Positions 34,217 through 45,100 of a stretch of 64,000 nucleotides of DNA are shown piece after piece. Every line of letters starts with the position of its first letter. The stretch's first letter is position 1. Position numbers and translations under genes: made by a program. Source of the DNA: Bacillota bacterium (GTDB taxonomy: Bacteria > Bacillota > Clostridia > SK-Y3); the NCBI GenBank assembly GCA_022360955.1, contig JAKSBV010000309.1:6053-70052 (forward strand), written 5' to 3'. The notes beneath the pieces were generated by a model, which searched no databases, had not been told where the DNA came from, and was given only the letters and a program-made list of their open reading frames with translations.

Positions 34217-35497
34217 TTACTTCTCTAAAAACAGCCTTGGCAGCATCAATACCGTATCGGGAAAATACGAAATGATTAATAACGCTCCGATCAAGGGCAC
34301 GAGGAAAGGTAATATTTCTTTATACAATTTCTCCAGCTTAACATTTGCAACCTTGCTGCATACAAACAACGACATCCCCACCGGCGGAGTCGATAGGCCA
34401 ATCATGAGATTCAGCACAATCATTACGCCCAAGTGTACCGGGTCCAGGCCTACTGCTGCTATCAGCGGCATCAGAAACGGCACGGTAATCAGCAATATCG
34501 ATAAGCTTTCCATGAACATGCCTAAAATTAAAAATGAAATGTTTAACAATAAAATAATTACATATGGGTTTGTCGTAATCGAAAGTATGGACTCCGTTAC
34601 TCTTTGCGGAATACCTTCCATAGCAATCACCCATGAAAATGCCGCAGCCGCACCGATGATGAATACTACGGTCGCAGATGTTACTACGGTATTTAAAAGC
34701 ATTTCTATCAAATTCCGAGGGGTTATTTCTTTATAAACAATAAATCCTAGAATAAATGCATAAACTGCTGCTATAACCGCCGCTTCAGTGGGTGTAAATA
34801 TCCCTGCTAAAATACCCCCTATAATGATGACCGGCGTTAAAAGTGCCAGAAATGCATCTTTAAATGTTTTCCATACCTCTCTAAAATAAAATCCCTTTGT
34901 TGTCGGATATCCCCTTTTAACCGAAATAATGTACACCAGTACCATACACATAAGCCCTAATAAAAGTCCGGGGATAAATCCGCCTAAAAAAAGTGCTCCG
35001 ATTGAGACCTCTGCTGCCGCGCCATATACAACCATCGGTATGCTGGGCGGAATAATAGGGCCGATTGTCGCGGAAGCTGTCGTGACCGCAGCGCTAAATT
35101 CCGCATCGTACCCTTCGTCTGTCATCGCCTGCATCTCCACCTGGCCTAATCCACCAGCGTCGGCAACAGCCGATCCGGACATACCTGAAAATATGATACT
35201 CGCTACAATATTCGAATGCCCGAGTCCTCCGGGTATATGCCCTACCAGTGCAGTTGCAAACCTGAAAATCTTCTTGGTAATTCCCCCTGTATTCATCAAT
35301 TGCCCTGCTAGAATAAAAAATGGGATAGCAAGTAAAATATATGAATCAATACCGGAAATGATCCTATGGACTGCCGCAACTGCCGCATATTTATCTGTAA
35401 TAACCATGGCCGATATGGTACTAAACCCCAAAGAAACAGCAATTGGTACGCCGAGGATCATCATAACAGCAAAAGCAATCATTAAAATAGAACCCAT
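34217..35497 (-). CDS. TRAP transporter large permease (DctM family)
   Basis: 426 aa, about 12 TM, typical DctM sequence (MGSILMIAFAVMMILGVPIAVSLG). Confidence 0.95.
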   Translation of the reverse strand: MGSILMIAFAVMMILGVPIAVSLGFSTISAMVITDKYAAVAAVHRIISGIDSYILLAIPFFILAGQLMNTGGITKKIFRFATALVGHIPGGLGHSNIVASIIFSGMSGSAVADAGGLGQVEMQAMTDEGYDAEFSAAVTTASATIGPIIPPSIPMVVYGAAAEVSIGALFLGGFIPGLLLGLMCMVLVYIISVKRGYPTTKGFYFREVWKTFKDAFLALLTPVIIIGGILAGIFTPTEAAVIAAVYAFILGFIVYKEITPRNLIEMLLNTVVTSATVVFIIGAAAAFSWVIAMEGIPQRVTESILSITTNPYVIILLLNISFLILGMFMESLSILLITVPFLMPLIAAVGLDPVHLGVMIVLNLMIGLSTPPVGMSLFVCSKVANVKLEKLYKEILPFLVPLIGALLIISYFPDTVLMLPRLFLEK

Positions 35498-35520
35498 TTT
35501 CTCACTCCTAATCCAAGTTA

Positions 35521-35557
35521 CATATAGATACCCAACTTTAAAATCGAATTTATATTT
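35521..35557. mobile_element. MITE-A repeat, terminal fragment
   Basis: CATATAGATACCCAACTTTAAAATCGAATTTATATTTCC; overlaps the stop codon of the DctQ gene. Confidence 0.6.
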
Positions 35558-36041
35558 CCATATTCTCTTTTTGACCTATTAGCTTAATCACCGATTCGAT
35601 AAGATGAATAACCATTAATGTCGCGCTTACGGGAAATGATGCATAAAACCATGCAATGGAAAGATTTATCGTATTATAGGATTGCGCCCATGTATCTCGC
35701 ACAATTTGAAACCCTTGTTTAATGACAACCAATAAAAATAGTATGGTCAATAATTCAATCATTATTTTTATACACTTTGAAGCTTTTGCAGAAACTGCAT
35801 TCACTAAAAAATTCAGCCTAATATGTTCTCGCCTTTTAAATGCGATACTGACTCCGATAAATATCATCCATGCAAAAGTGACAATACTGGTCTCGTACAC
35901 CCAAATCAACGGTTTTTGTAATATATATCTATATAAAACCCCTGTTGTGGTTAAGACGGTTAATATCACAACAAGTAATAATGCTATTTTCTCTGCGATG
36001 GCATTCGTAAGATCACTCAATTTACGAATAAACGTAAGCAT
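35550..36041 (-). CDS. TRAP transporter small permease (DctQ family)
   Basis: 4 TM helices, operon position; start ATG 36041 or GTG 36053. Confidence 0.85.
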   Translation of the reverse strand: MLTFIRKLSDLTNAIAEKIALLLVVILTVLTTTGVLYRYILQKPLIWVYETSIVTFAWMIFIGVSIAFKRREHIRLNFLVNAVSAKASKCIKIMIELLTILFLLVVIKQGFQIVRDTWAQSYNTINLSIAWFYASFPVSATLMVIHLIESVIKLIGQKENMEI

Positions 36042-36205
36042 ACGGACTTTCACCCTCCTTCAATACCATTTCCTATCAAGCACTGTAGGGTTATTATACG
36101 CTTCACTACTGCATATATACATTTTATAACAGTATCCGGAATAGGCTGCTACTCCGGACATTGTTATAAAATGCTGCTACAGTCCCTGCTGCGAATCGTT
36201 CTTCG

Positions 36206-37279
36206 TTATTTTACCGCTTCTTTTATTGTATCAATTAAATCTTTGCCCAATACGGATTCCCACTCTTTATAAACTTTCGCCGTAGCTTCCTGGAAAGGCT
36301 TTAGATCCGGTCTGCTTACTTGCATGCCTTTCGCTTCAAGGTCTGCCAATAGATTGGTCTCGTTTTCCTGTACCATTTTCCTATGCTCTTGTGCAAATTT
36401 TACGGCGCCTTCTTTTAATATCTTTTGAGCGTGGGCAGGCAGTTTGGCCCAAGCCTTTTCGCCTATTACAAGCGGACAGCTTTCATATTTATGGTTGGTA
36501 ATGGAAATATATTTTTGAACTTCGTCAAATTTTGCAGCATGTATGTTGGTGATCGGGTTTTCCTGCCCGTCAAAGGCCCCCTGCGATAAAGCAAGATATA
36601 ATTCTGAGAATGCCAGTGGAGCCGGACTTGCACCTAACGCTTTAAAGATTGCCAGTGTCATTTTATTTTCAGGTGTCCTTAATTTCAAACCCTTTAAATC
36701 TTCGGGCTTTTCAATAGGTCTTTTGCTATTTGTAATTTGTCGTAATCCATTTTCCCAATATCCTAAAATTCTCATGCCTTTTTCCGGAAGGTCTTTTGCC
36801 AGTTCCTCACCTACAGGTCCGTCAAGCAGTTTTCCTACTTTTTCATGTGAATCAAACAGGAAAGGAAGTTCAATTGCAGCCAACTTGGGTTCATAAGTAG
36901 CAATAATGCCATGTGCGTTTATACTCATATCCAATGTACCCATTGAAACGGCTTCCGCCATCTGTCGGTCGGTTCCGAGCACCTCTGCCGGATACAAATC
37001 AATTTGAATCATGCCCGCGCTCTCTTCTTTGACCCAATTTGCATATTTTTCCGCCGTGATATGACGCGGATTAGTTGTTGGGGAGCCATATCCTAGTTTT
37101 AACACAATATCGGCTTCCTTTTTATCTTCTTCCGACTGATCTGCTTCTGAGTCCGGTGCTTGAGAGGATTCTTCAGGCTTTTCAGTGTCTTTCGGCTTGT
37201 TTCCCAATCCGGTACAGCCTGCTGAAAATAACATAACAACTACCAATAAAATCGATACTACTACCACATTTTTTTTCAT
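36206..37279 (-). CDS. TRAP transporter substrate-binding protein (DctP family)
   Basis: lipobox FSAGC, acidic linker, DctP-type fold motifs (RQITNSKRPI, ENPITN). Confidence 0.9.
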   Translation of the reverse strand: MKKNVVVVSILLVVVMLFSAGCTGLGNKPKDTEKPEESSQAPDSEADQSEEDKKEADIVLKLGYGSPTTNPRHITAEKYANWVKEESAGMIQIDLYPAEVLGTDRQMAEAVSMGTLDMSINAHGIIATYEPKLAAIELPFLFDSHEKVGKLLDGPVGEELAKDLPEKGMRILGYWENGLRQITNSKRPIEKPEDLKGLKLRTPENKMTLAIFKALGASPAPLAFSELYLALSQGAFDGQENPITNIHAAKFDEVQKYISITNHKYESCPLVIGEKAWAKLPAHAQKILKEGAVKFAQEHRKMVQENETNLLADLEAKGMQVSRPDLKPFQEATAKVYKEWESVLGKDLIDTIKEAVK

Positions 37280-37306
37280 TATTTTTCCTCCTCTAATTTT
37301 AGAATT

Positions 37307-38062
37307 TTAATCCATGTGAGAGCCGCCGTTTATATCAATGTCTTCACCGGTAATATACGCCGCACTATCAGAAGCAAGAAAAGCAACCGTTTCCGCTACT
37401 TCCATTGCCGTACCAGGGCGTTTCATCGGAATTGTTTCCCATATGGCTCGTTCCTTTTCCATGGGAAGCCCTACTCTTATTTCGGTAGCGATTAATCCGG
37501 GTGCTACACTATTTACGGTTATGCCATGCTCCACCACTTCTCTTGCAAGCGATTTTGCAAAGCCTAATATACCGGCTTTAGCGGCCGAATAATGTGACCC
37601 TCCATATACACCTCCCCCTCTTTTCGCCGAAACAGAGCTAAGGTTAATAATTCTTCCATGCTTCTGTTCCATCATTGGTCTAAGTACCGCTTTGGAACAT
37701 AAAAACACACCTTTTAAATTAACAGCAATAACCCTGTCCCAATCGGCTTCAGTGGTATCTATTGTTTTGACCGGCTGCGTTATACCGGCGTTATTCACTA
37801 AAATATCTACTTTCCCAAATTGCCGCAAAGCCGTTCCAACCATCTGTCCTACACTTTCTTCATTCGTTACGTTGACCTCTACACCAATCGCCCTTTTGCC
37901 CAGCTCCTTTATTTCTTCTGCAACTTCTTCTGCGCCCTTTATGTCTATATCTGCCGCTACAATGTCGGCACCTTTTTGTGCCAGGCAAAGCGCAATTGCT
38001 TTTCCTATGCCTTTTTTAGAACCTGCCCCCGTTACAATGGCTACCTTTCCCTCTAAGCTCAT
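37307..38062 (-). CDS. SDR family oxidoreductase (FabG-like)
   Basis: TGAGSKKGIG, NNAG, YSAAK motifs. Confidence 0.9.
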   Translation of the reverse strand: MSLEGKVAIVTGAGSKKGIGKAIALCLAQKGADIVAADIDIKGAEEVAEEIKELGKRAIGVEVNVTNEESVGQMVGTALRQFGKVDILVNNAGITQPVKTIDTTEADWDRVIAVNLKGVFLCSKAVLRPMMEQKHGRIINLSSVSAKRGGGVYGGSHYSAAKAGILGFAKSLAREVVEHGITVNSVAPGLIATEIRVGLPMEKERAIWETIPMKRPGTAMEVAETVAFLASDSAAYITGEDIDINGGSHMD

Positions 38063-38076
38063 TGTGAATAGCCTCC

Positions 38077-39024
38077 TTATTTGCTTTTCTTTTTAAGAAC
38101 TTCTTTTGCTGCATTGACGATATCCTTGACACTCATGCCATAGTGCTCGTACAGCAGCTCCGAATCCCCCGATTCACCAAACATATCGGGAATCGCCACT
38201 CGTTTAACAATCGTAGGATAATTTTCGCTTAAGACCTCCGATACGGCACTGCCCAGCCCTCCGAAAATGTTGTGATCTTCAACGGTTACAATGCCCCCGG
38301 TTTCCTGTGCCGCTTTAATGATGGCTTCTTGGTCAATCGGCTTTATTGTATGCATTTCCAACACTTTGACATTGATGCCTTCTGCTTTGAGCCTTTCTGC
38401 AGCATCCAATGTTTTATACACCATTGCGCCCGTACCAATGATGGTTAAGTCATTGCCATTATGTTTTAACGCTACGGCTTTACCAATTTCGAACTTATAG
38501 TTTTGGTCAAAAATGACAGGTGAAGGATTTCTAAGCAATCTTATATAGACAGGCCCTTCATAATCAACGACTGCCCGTGCGGCTAATCTTGCAGAAGTGC
38601 CGTCGGCCGGATGAACAATGGCCACATTCGGAATGGATCTCATAATCCCGATATCTTCTATTGCTTGATGGGTCGCACCGTCTGCTCCGACCTGCAGCCC
38701 GCCATGACTTGCAATAATACGCACATTCAATTTGGGATAGCATATAAATGTTCTGATTTGTTCACATGCTCTCATACTGGCAAATACGCCGTATGTCGCT
38801 GCGAAGACTTGTGTGCCGGTTGTTGCATAACCTGCTGCAATCGCCATAAAGTTTTGCTCGGCAATCCCAAAGTTGTATGATCTCTCCGGAAACGCTTTAT
38901 GAAAGAGATCGGTCGAACAAGATTTTGCAATATCCGCATCCATCACTACAAAATCTTCTCTTTCTTTTCCCAGCCGAACCAATTCTTCTCCAAAAGCTCT
39001 TCTTGTAGCAATCTGTTCCAGCAT
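38077..39024 (-). CDS. transketolase, C-terminal (pyrimidine-binding) subunit
   Basis: RRAFGEEL..., FGIAEQNFMAIAAG; split-type transketolase B subunit. Confidence 0.9.
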   Translation of the reverse strand: MLEQIATRRAFGEELVRLGKEREDFVVMDADIAKSCSTDLFHKAFPERSYNFGIAEQNFMAIAAGYATTGTQVFAATYGVFASMRACEQIRTFICYPKLNVRIIASHGGLQVGADGATHQAIEDIGIMRSIPNVAIVHPADGTSARLAARAVVDYEGPVYIRLLRNPSPVIFDQNYKFEIGKAVALKHNGNDLTIIGTGAMVYKTLDAAERLKAEGINVKVLEMHTIKPIDQEAIIKAAQETGGIVTVEDHNIFGGLGSAVSEVLSENYPTIVKRVAIPDMFGESGDSELLYEHYGMSVKDIVNAAKEVLKKKSK

Positions 39025-39026
39025 GA

Positions 39027-39863
39027 TTATTCAGCCTCCTTTTCCAACTCTGCAAGCGCTTGTTTCACTTGGTCGTCATTAGGCGCCAACCCATGCCACA
39101 CCGCTACATTTTCCATAAAGGATACCCCTTTGCCTTTTACGGTATGTGCTACAATTACGACAGGTCCTTTGATTTTATGGGCTTTTTGAAACGCATCTAA
39201 AATTTCTATCATATTATGTCCGTCAATTTCTATTGTATTCCACCCGAAAGCTTCCCACTTTTCTACAACAGGATGGATATCCATAACCTCTTTTGTCCAA
39301 CCGTCAACCTGGAGTCCGTTATAGTCAACAATTGCAATAAGGTTATCCAAACGGTAGTGGGCCGCCGACATCGCTGCTTCCCATACGATACCTTCCTGGA
39401 TCTCTCCGTCGCCGAGCAATACATAGACACAGTAGTTGAGTCTATTTCTTTTGGCGGCCAAAGCCATACCAATTCCCACCGACAAGCCATTCCCCAGGGA
39501 CCCTGACGTCATATCTATCCCCGTTGTTTTCTGCATATCCGGATGCCCTTGGAGTATAGAATGAAATTTTCTCAATGTGTTCAGATGCACCATATCGAAA
39601 TAGCCCTTTTCTGCAAGTGCCGCATACCATACGGGGCATGCATGCCCCTTCGATAAAATAAATCGATCTCTTGCTTCCCAATTCGGGTTTTGAGGATCAA
39701 TCTGCATAACGTGAAAATACAGTGCGGTAACAATATCCGCCGCTGAGAGTGATCCCCCCGGATGGCCTGCATTTGCCTTGTAAATCATTTGAATGATGTC
39801 TTTCCGGATATTGTTTGCCTTTTCTTTCAAATATTTTATATCTTCTAACGTATAAGAAATCAC
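39027..39863 (-). CDS. transketolase, N-terminal (TPP-binding) subunit
   Basis: GHPGGSLSAADI, LLGDGEIQEGIVWEA; GTG start. Confidence 0.9.
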   Translation of the reverse strand: MISYTLEDIKYLKEKANNIRKDIIQMIYKANAGHPGGSLSAADIVTALYFHVMQIDPQNPNWEARDRFILSKGHACPVWYAALAEKGYFDMVHLNTLRKFHSILQGHPDMQKTTGIDMTSGSLGNGLSVGIGMALAAKRNRLNYCVYVLLGDGEIQEGIVWEAAMSAAHYRLDNLIAIVDYNGLQVDGWTKEVMDIHPVVEKWEAFGWNTIEIDGHNMIEILDAFQKAHKIKGPVVIVAHTVKGKGVSFMENVAVWHGLAPNDDQVKQALAELEKEAE

Positions 39864-39934
39864 GATAAATACACCACCCCGTTAGTACTGCTTTATTATT
39901 TTGAAATATATGTTGAAGAATCAACAAAGCAGTA

Positions 39935-40816
39935 TTAGTCTAGTCTCTTCATTTTAAATATCTCTTTGGATTTTTTAATATTCCCGGTAAAATTCTCATA
40001 ATTTCTTGTCACAATGCCTAATTGCAGAATGCTCAGAACACAAAGTTCACTAATACGAGCCGCCGGCAAATCACTTAAGAAATGTGTTGTTTTGGAACTG
40101 GTATAAAGCACGATGTCAGAATATTCTGTTATGGGTGAGTTTGCATACCCTGTTATACAGATGACAGTCGCTCCTTTCTGTTTGGCTACCTTCACAGCAT
40201 CTACGGTATTAATGGCCCTTCCGCTATGAGATATGCCAATGGCAACATCGTTTTTTGTCAACTGAGCAGCCGACGTTATTTGTAAAAACGCATCATTAAA
40301 AGCACTGCACGGTAATCCTATTTGTAAAAACAAATTAAGCGCACTTAACGCAATAGAGCCCGATCCGCCTTCACCATATAAATTGATTTTCTGTGCACCG
40401 GAAATAGCATCAATGGCCTTTTCCACTTTGCTGTCATCAAGAATCATAAGGGTATCGTCTATCACTTCTTTATTAAATTTAAATATTTTTTGTTTTAGTA
40501 CTTTGATAGAATCATTTTTATCGATTTTTTCGATTTCTCCCACCGGGGATAAAAGCTCCCTTTCAACATAAAATTTAAGCTCCGTATACCCTTTGAATCC
40601 TAATGATTGGCAGAACCTTATAATAGTAGCCGCACTCGTACCAATTTTTTCTGCAAGCATGCTGATGGGTAAATTTAAAATATTGTCTTTATTATCTAAT
40701 ATATAGTCAGCTATTTTTTTTTCCGAATCACTTAGCAAATGATAATGATTTCTTATTCTGGCCAAATACTCAATTTCATCTACACCTTTTAGAAAATTAC
40801 TGTTTTTTTCACTCAT
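39935..40816 (-). CDS. MurR/RpiR family transcriptional regulator
   Basis: N-terminal HTH (AEKIGTSAATIIRFCQSLGFKGY) plus SIS domain; start at ATG 40816 behind GGGGGAG. Confidence 0.9.
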   Translation of the reverse strand: MSEKNSNFLKGVDEIEYLARIRNHYHLLSDSEKKIADYILDNKDNILNLPISMLAEKIGTSAATIIRFCQSLGFKGYTELKFYVERELLSPVGEIEKIDKNDSIKVLKQKIFKFNKEVIDDTLMILDDSKVEKAIDAISGAQKINLYGEGGSGSIALSALNLFLQIGLPCSAFNDAFLQITSAAQLTKNDVAIGISHSGRAINTVDAVKVAKQKGATVICITGYANSPITEYSDIVLYTSSKTTHFLSDLPAARISELCVLSILQLGIVTRNYENFTGNIKKSKEIFKMKRLD

Positions 40817-41298
40817 TCTCTTCTCCCCCAAATATGCATAAAGCATCTTATTATATGGAACTAATTTCATTTTTTCGTTAATTTTATGAAAAAAGTTTCA
40901 TATAACCCATTATACGCCCCCCTTTAACAAAAGTCAACTCCATGCCTATGGAAAGACTTTGTATACATTGCAACAATATTATGATTAAATTTTTTTATGG
41001 ACCGAGTGATAGTGGCTGACTATACGGAATAAAATTCCATTTTGTGAAACATACAGATGCTTTTCATGTAGATGCTTTTATTGTGTATTGAGGGAGGGTT
41101 GAAATTCGTTTCATTTTTTATATATTAATTACGAAACAAATTCCATTGACTACATTATATATCTTTTCTATTAAATTGTCCACCCTTTTTGTGCATATTT
41201 TATAAATTAAATTTTTAACAAAGATTATCCCATCAAAAAAAAGCCAGCCCCGTGATCAAAGTCAATCAGGACCAGCCTTTATAAGCTATTATACGAAC

Positions 41299-42243
41299 CT
41301 ATTTTTCACCGGCAAGCATGAGAAGTTCTTCCCATCTGCTGTCTATTTCTGCTTGAATTTCGGCAATCATATGTTCGTTGCCTTTTTTGAATAAATGTCT
41401 GAATCTTCCCTGCGGCTTCAGATATTCTTCAACAGGCAATTTATTCTTAGGTTTATAGTTAACGGTCACTTTGCCGTTTTCTACTTCATATAAAGGCCAG
41501 ATGCAGGTCTCAACGGCAAGTTTGGATATATCCATCAATTTAGGGGTATCATATCTCCACCCTCTGGGACATGGCGCCAATACATTCAAGAAACAGGCCC
41601 CTTTGGTATAAAGTGCTTTTTCAGCCTTTTGGTGAAGATCTCTAAAGTTACCGATAGGTGCGGTCTGTGCTACATAAGGTAAACGATGATTTGCCATAAT
41701 TAAGGTAAGGTCTTTCCTATATTGACTCTTGCCCGGTATGACCGAACCCGCAGGGGAAGTAGTCGTATCCGCATATTTGGGAGTCGCAGAGGAACGCTGA
41801 ATACCGGTGTTCATATATGCACCGTTATCATAACATACGTAAACCATGTCATGTCCTCTTTCCATCGCTCCCGACAAAGACTGCAAGCCGATATCATAGG
41901 TACCGCCGTCTCCACCAAATGCAATAAACTTTGTTTCTCCGTCCGCCGGTAATTTCCCTTTTCTCTTCATCGCAACATAAGCTGCTTCAGCACCTGAAAT
42001 CGTTGCAGCAACATTTTCAAAAGCACTGTGAATAAAGGAATCTTTCCAAGCCGTATAAGGATAAAGAAATGTTGAAACTTCCATACAACCGGTTGCCGCT
42101 CCAACAACTGCATGGTCTTCCGGTTTTAAAGCCCTCAGGACCGTTCTGGAAACAACAGGAGCACCGCAACCGGCACACATTCTATGACCACCGGTAAATC
42201 TTTCCGGTTTTTTCGCTTCTTGTTTTAAATTATAAGCCATCAT
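41299..42243 (-). CDS. 2-oxoacid:ferredoxin oxidoreductase beta subunit (TPP-binding; pyruvate type likely)
   Basis: GCGAP..., GGDGGTYDIG motifs. Confidence 0.9.
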   Translation of the reverse strand: MMAYNLKQEAKKPERFTGGHRMCAGCGAPVVSRTVLRALKPEDHAVVGAATGCMEVSTFLYPYTAWKDSFIHSAFENVAATISGAEAAYVAMKRKGKLPADGETKFIAFGGDGGTYDIGLQSLSGAMERGHDMVYVCYDNGAYMNTGIQRSSATPKYADTTTSPAGSVIPGKSQYRKDLTLIMANHRLPYVAQTAPIGNFRDLHQKAEKALYTKGACFLNVLAPCPRGWRYDTPKLMDISKLAVETCIWPLYEVENGKVTVNYKPKNKLPVEEYLKPQGRFRHLFKKGNEHMIAEIQAEIDSRWEELLMLAGEK

Positions 42244-42251
42244 TGCACCTC

Positions 42252-43433
42252 CTATTCTCTTACACCAAGATAATTGTAAACTGATTTTATTTCTCCGGTC
42301 TTAACGATTTCGAGTAATGCATCGTATACAAATGCTATATCATCGGTTCTGACATCTCTTCCGCCTAATCCATAGATGTAGTTAATTACTTTTATACCAT
42401 CCACTCTTCCGTACAGGGCGCTGGTAATATCGGTAAACAGAGGGCCTCCGGCAGCATTAAAGCTGTCCGCCTTATCCATTACGGCGATCGCTTTACATTT
42501 TGAAAGTGCTGCTGTAATTTCGTCAACGGGGAACGGTCTGTAGACTCTGATTTTGATTAAACCGGCTTTTACGCCTTTTTCTCTTAATTGATCGACAACA
42601 TATTTGGCAGTACCTGCAGTAGAATTGATAACAACAATAGCAACTTCCGCATCTTCCATTTTATATTCTTCAAATAAACCGTATTTTCTTCCGGTCAGCT
42701 TTTCAAATTCTTCAGCAACTTCAAGGATTACTTTCTTAGCCTTCATCATTGACTCCGCCTGCTGTCTCTTATGTTCAAAGTAATGATTCTGCAAGTCTAA
42801 AGGACCTACGGCTATAGGATTTTCTTTATCGTTTAAGTAATGTTCGGGTTTATAGTCCCCTACAAATGCTTTTACTTTCTCGTCTTCTATCAATTCAATA
42901 TTTTCAACAGCATGACTGGTAATAAATCCGTCATAACAATTCATAACAGGCAGCAACACATCCGGGTGCTCGCCAATCTTAACCGCTTGAATCAAGTTGT
43001 CATAAGCTTCTTGGTTCGTTTCACCATATAATTGAACCCATCCGGAATCCCTTGCTCCCATAGAGTCACTATGGTCATTATGAATGTTGATAGGACCGGA
43101 CAATGCTCTGTTTACTACCGATAACGCAATAGGCAGCTTACATGACGCTGCTATATAAAGCATTTCCCACATCAACGCAAGACCGTTGGCCGATGTCGCC
43201 GTCATCGTTCTTGCCCCGGCCGCTTGCGCACCAATACATGCACTCATCGCACTGTGCTCAGACTCTACCGGTACAAATTCAGTATCTACTTTACCATCCG
43301 CAACAAAAGATGAGAAATACTGGGGTATTTCTGTGGATGGTGTAATCGGAAAAGCTGCAACAACATCCGGATTAACTTGCTTCATAGCCACTGCTACAGC
43401 TTCATTACCGCTTAATCTATCTCTAATTGCCAT
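42252..43433 (-). CDS. 2-oxoacid:ferredoxin oxidoreductase alpha subunit
   Basis: GNEAVAVAMKQVNPDVVAAFPITPSTEI N-terminus. Confidence 0.9.
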   Translation of the reverse strand: MAIRDRLSGNEAVAVAMKQVNPDVVAAFPITPSTEIPQYFSSFVADGKVDTEFVPVESEHSAMSACIGAQAAGARTMTATSANGLALMWEMLYIAASCKLPIALSVVNRALSGPINIHNDHSDSMGARDSGWVQLYGETNQEAYDNLIQAVKIGEHPDVLLPVMNCYDGFITSHAVENIELIEDEKVKAFVGDYKPEHYLNDKENPIAVGPLDLQNHYFEHKRQQAESMMKAKKVILEVAEEFEKLTGRKYGLFEEYKMEDAEVAIVVINSTAGTAKYVVDQLREKGVKAGLIKIRVYRPFPVDEITAALSKCKAIAVMDKADSFNAAGGPLFTDITSALYGRVDGIKVINYIYGLGGRDVRTDDIAFVYDALLEIVKTGEIKSVYNYLGVRE

Positions 43434-43450
43434 TAATTATCCCTCCCTCA

Positions 43451-43759
43451 TTAGTCTTCTTCTACAAAATCAATTGCATCAAACGGACAGACTTCTACAC
43501 AAACACCGCAGCCTTTGCAGTGGTCATAGTCGAACTCCGTTCTCTTGCCGTCTTCATCTATAAGAATCGAAGTATCCGGACATACAGGATAGCAAAGCAG
43601 ACATTGCTTACATTTATCCTTTAACCAGATGGGCTTCATGGAACGCCAGTCACCGGTTTTAAAATCTTCCGCATTGCCCGCGTCCAAGATCATCCCGCCG
43701 GGAGTCGTGTCTTTCCAAGTAATTTCAGGATTTATAACTTTCTTTCTCTCTTTACTCAT
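43451..43759 (-). CDS. 2-oxoacid:ferredoxin oxidoreductase delta subunit (2x 4Fe-4S)
   Basis: CKQCLLCYPVCP and CKGCGVCVEVCP motifs. Confidence 0.9.
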   Translation of the reverse strand: MSKERKKVINPEITWKDTTPGGMILDAGNAEDFKTGDWRSMKPIWLKDKCKQCLLCYPVCPDTSILIDEDGKRTEFDYDHCKGCGVCVEVCPFDAIDFVEED

Positions 43760-44334
43760 AGCCCTTTCACCTCCGTTAACGCTCTCTTGAGAGCCTGCAT
43801 GTTCCCTTCGATAACCTGTGGTTTAGAAGCAAACTTATGGGCAAATGATTCTTCCATATCTTTTACAAATGCATTTTCATCCATAATACGACTTACTTTC
43901 ACAACTGCTGCCAACATAGGCGTATTTGGAAAATACTTTCCTAACGCGTCAATAGATATGGTTCTTGCGTCTACCGTACAAATTTTTCCCTGGTAGCCGT
44001 TTAATTTTTCTCTGATTTGTTCAGGTGATTTTTGAGTATTAACAATAATAGCGCCGTTTTCTTGAAGACCTGCAGTGACATCGACCGAGCCGATCAGCGT
44101 TTCGTCTACAACCACAACATAGTTTGGTTCATAGATATTACTGTGCACAGTAACCCTTTCGTCGCTGATTCTGTTGTATGCAGTAATCGGAGCACCCATT
44201 CTCTCCGGACCGTATTCCGGAAAACCCTGGATATACTTCCCCGTATTGAATGCTGCATCTGCAAGCAACAGCGAAGCCGTCTTTGCGCCTTGTCCGCCTC
44301 GACCATGCCATCTGATTTCAACAACTTTTGACAT
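43756..44334 (-). CDS. 2-oxoacid:ferredoxin oxidoreductase gamma subunit
   Basis: EIRWHGRGGQGAKTAS motif; start at ATG 44334 behind AAGGAGGG. Confidence 0.9.
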   Translation of the reverse strand: MSKVVEIRWHGRGGQGAKTASLLLADAAFNTGKYIQGFPEYGPERMGAPITAYNRISDERVTVHSNIYEPNYVVVVDETLIGSVDVTAGLQENGAIIVNTQKSPEQIREKLNGYQGKICTVDARTISIDALGKYFPNTPMLAAVVKVSRIMDENAFVKDMEESFAHKFASKPQVIEGNMQALKRALTEVKGL

Positions 44335-44750
44335 AAGGTATTCCCTCCTTACTCGATTATCTAAAATATATATTGTAAAATAAGGTAAAACATACATATG
44401 TAGGGGTTTTTAAAGGGTATTGTTGTTATTGTATACAGTATACACGGCTGCGTAAACCTACATATTGTTTCCCATAAAATTACCTCAGCATAAGTATATC
44501 AACCTGTTATTTTATTGTCAAGGAGGATTTTCCGATAATACTTGCATTAGCTGATTTGCACAAATATAAAAAGTGATTATTATATACAATAACCACTTTT
44601 GTACTTCAAAAACCATTTTATACCTTTTTTCCGGACCCCCTTGGCGGGGATTTTTATGTCAGAATACCAGACCTTTGTCCCATATTTTAAAGTGAAAGGA
44701 GCTGCTAATATCATTCTTTTTTCGTTCAACCCATAATGCCGGAGCACACA

Positions 44751-45026
44751 CTAGGTTTTAAAAATAAGCTGCAATATCAAAAGCAATACGACCCCCGGGA
44801 TTCCCAGCACACCTGCTGTTAATGCCGTAAGAGGATTTACACCGATATGTATATTCATAAAGCTTCCTATTACATTGATGACGATTAAGATGATCCCGCC
44901 CAATATACCGTTATAAATTAACTTGATGACTATTTTCAACGGAACCAACAGAACCCATCCTACTATGTATAAGAGGATCAGGCCGAATACATAGGCGATA
45001 ATCACATTAAATTCTATTACCGGCAT
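44751..45026 (-). CDS. bofA: pro-sigma-K processing inhibitor BofA
   Basis: IYNGILGGIILIVINVIG...GVNPLTALTAGVLGIPGVVLL; synteny recR-yaaL-bofA as in Bacillus; start at ATG 45026. Confidence 0.85.
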   Translation of the reverse strand: MPVIEFNVIIAYVFGLILLYIVGWVLLVPLKIVIKLIYNGILGGIILIVINVIGSFMNIHIGVNPLTALTAGVLGIPGVVLLLILQLIFKT

Positions 45027-45100
45027 TTTTATCACTCCTGTAGTTTTTGTTCGGAGTCTGGCGTTCGGGGTGCGGCACGTACAACTTTTGGAGATCATAA

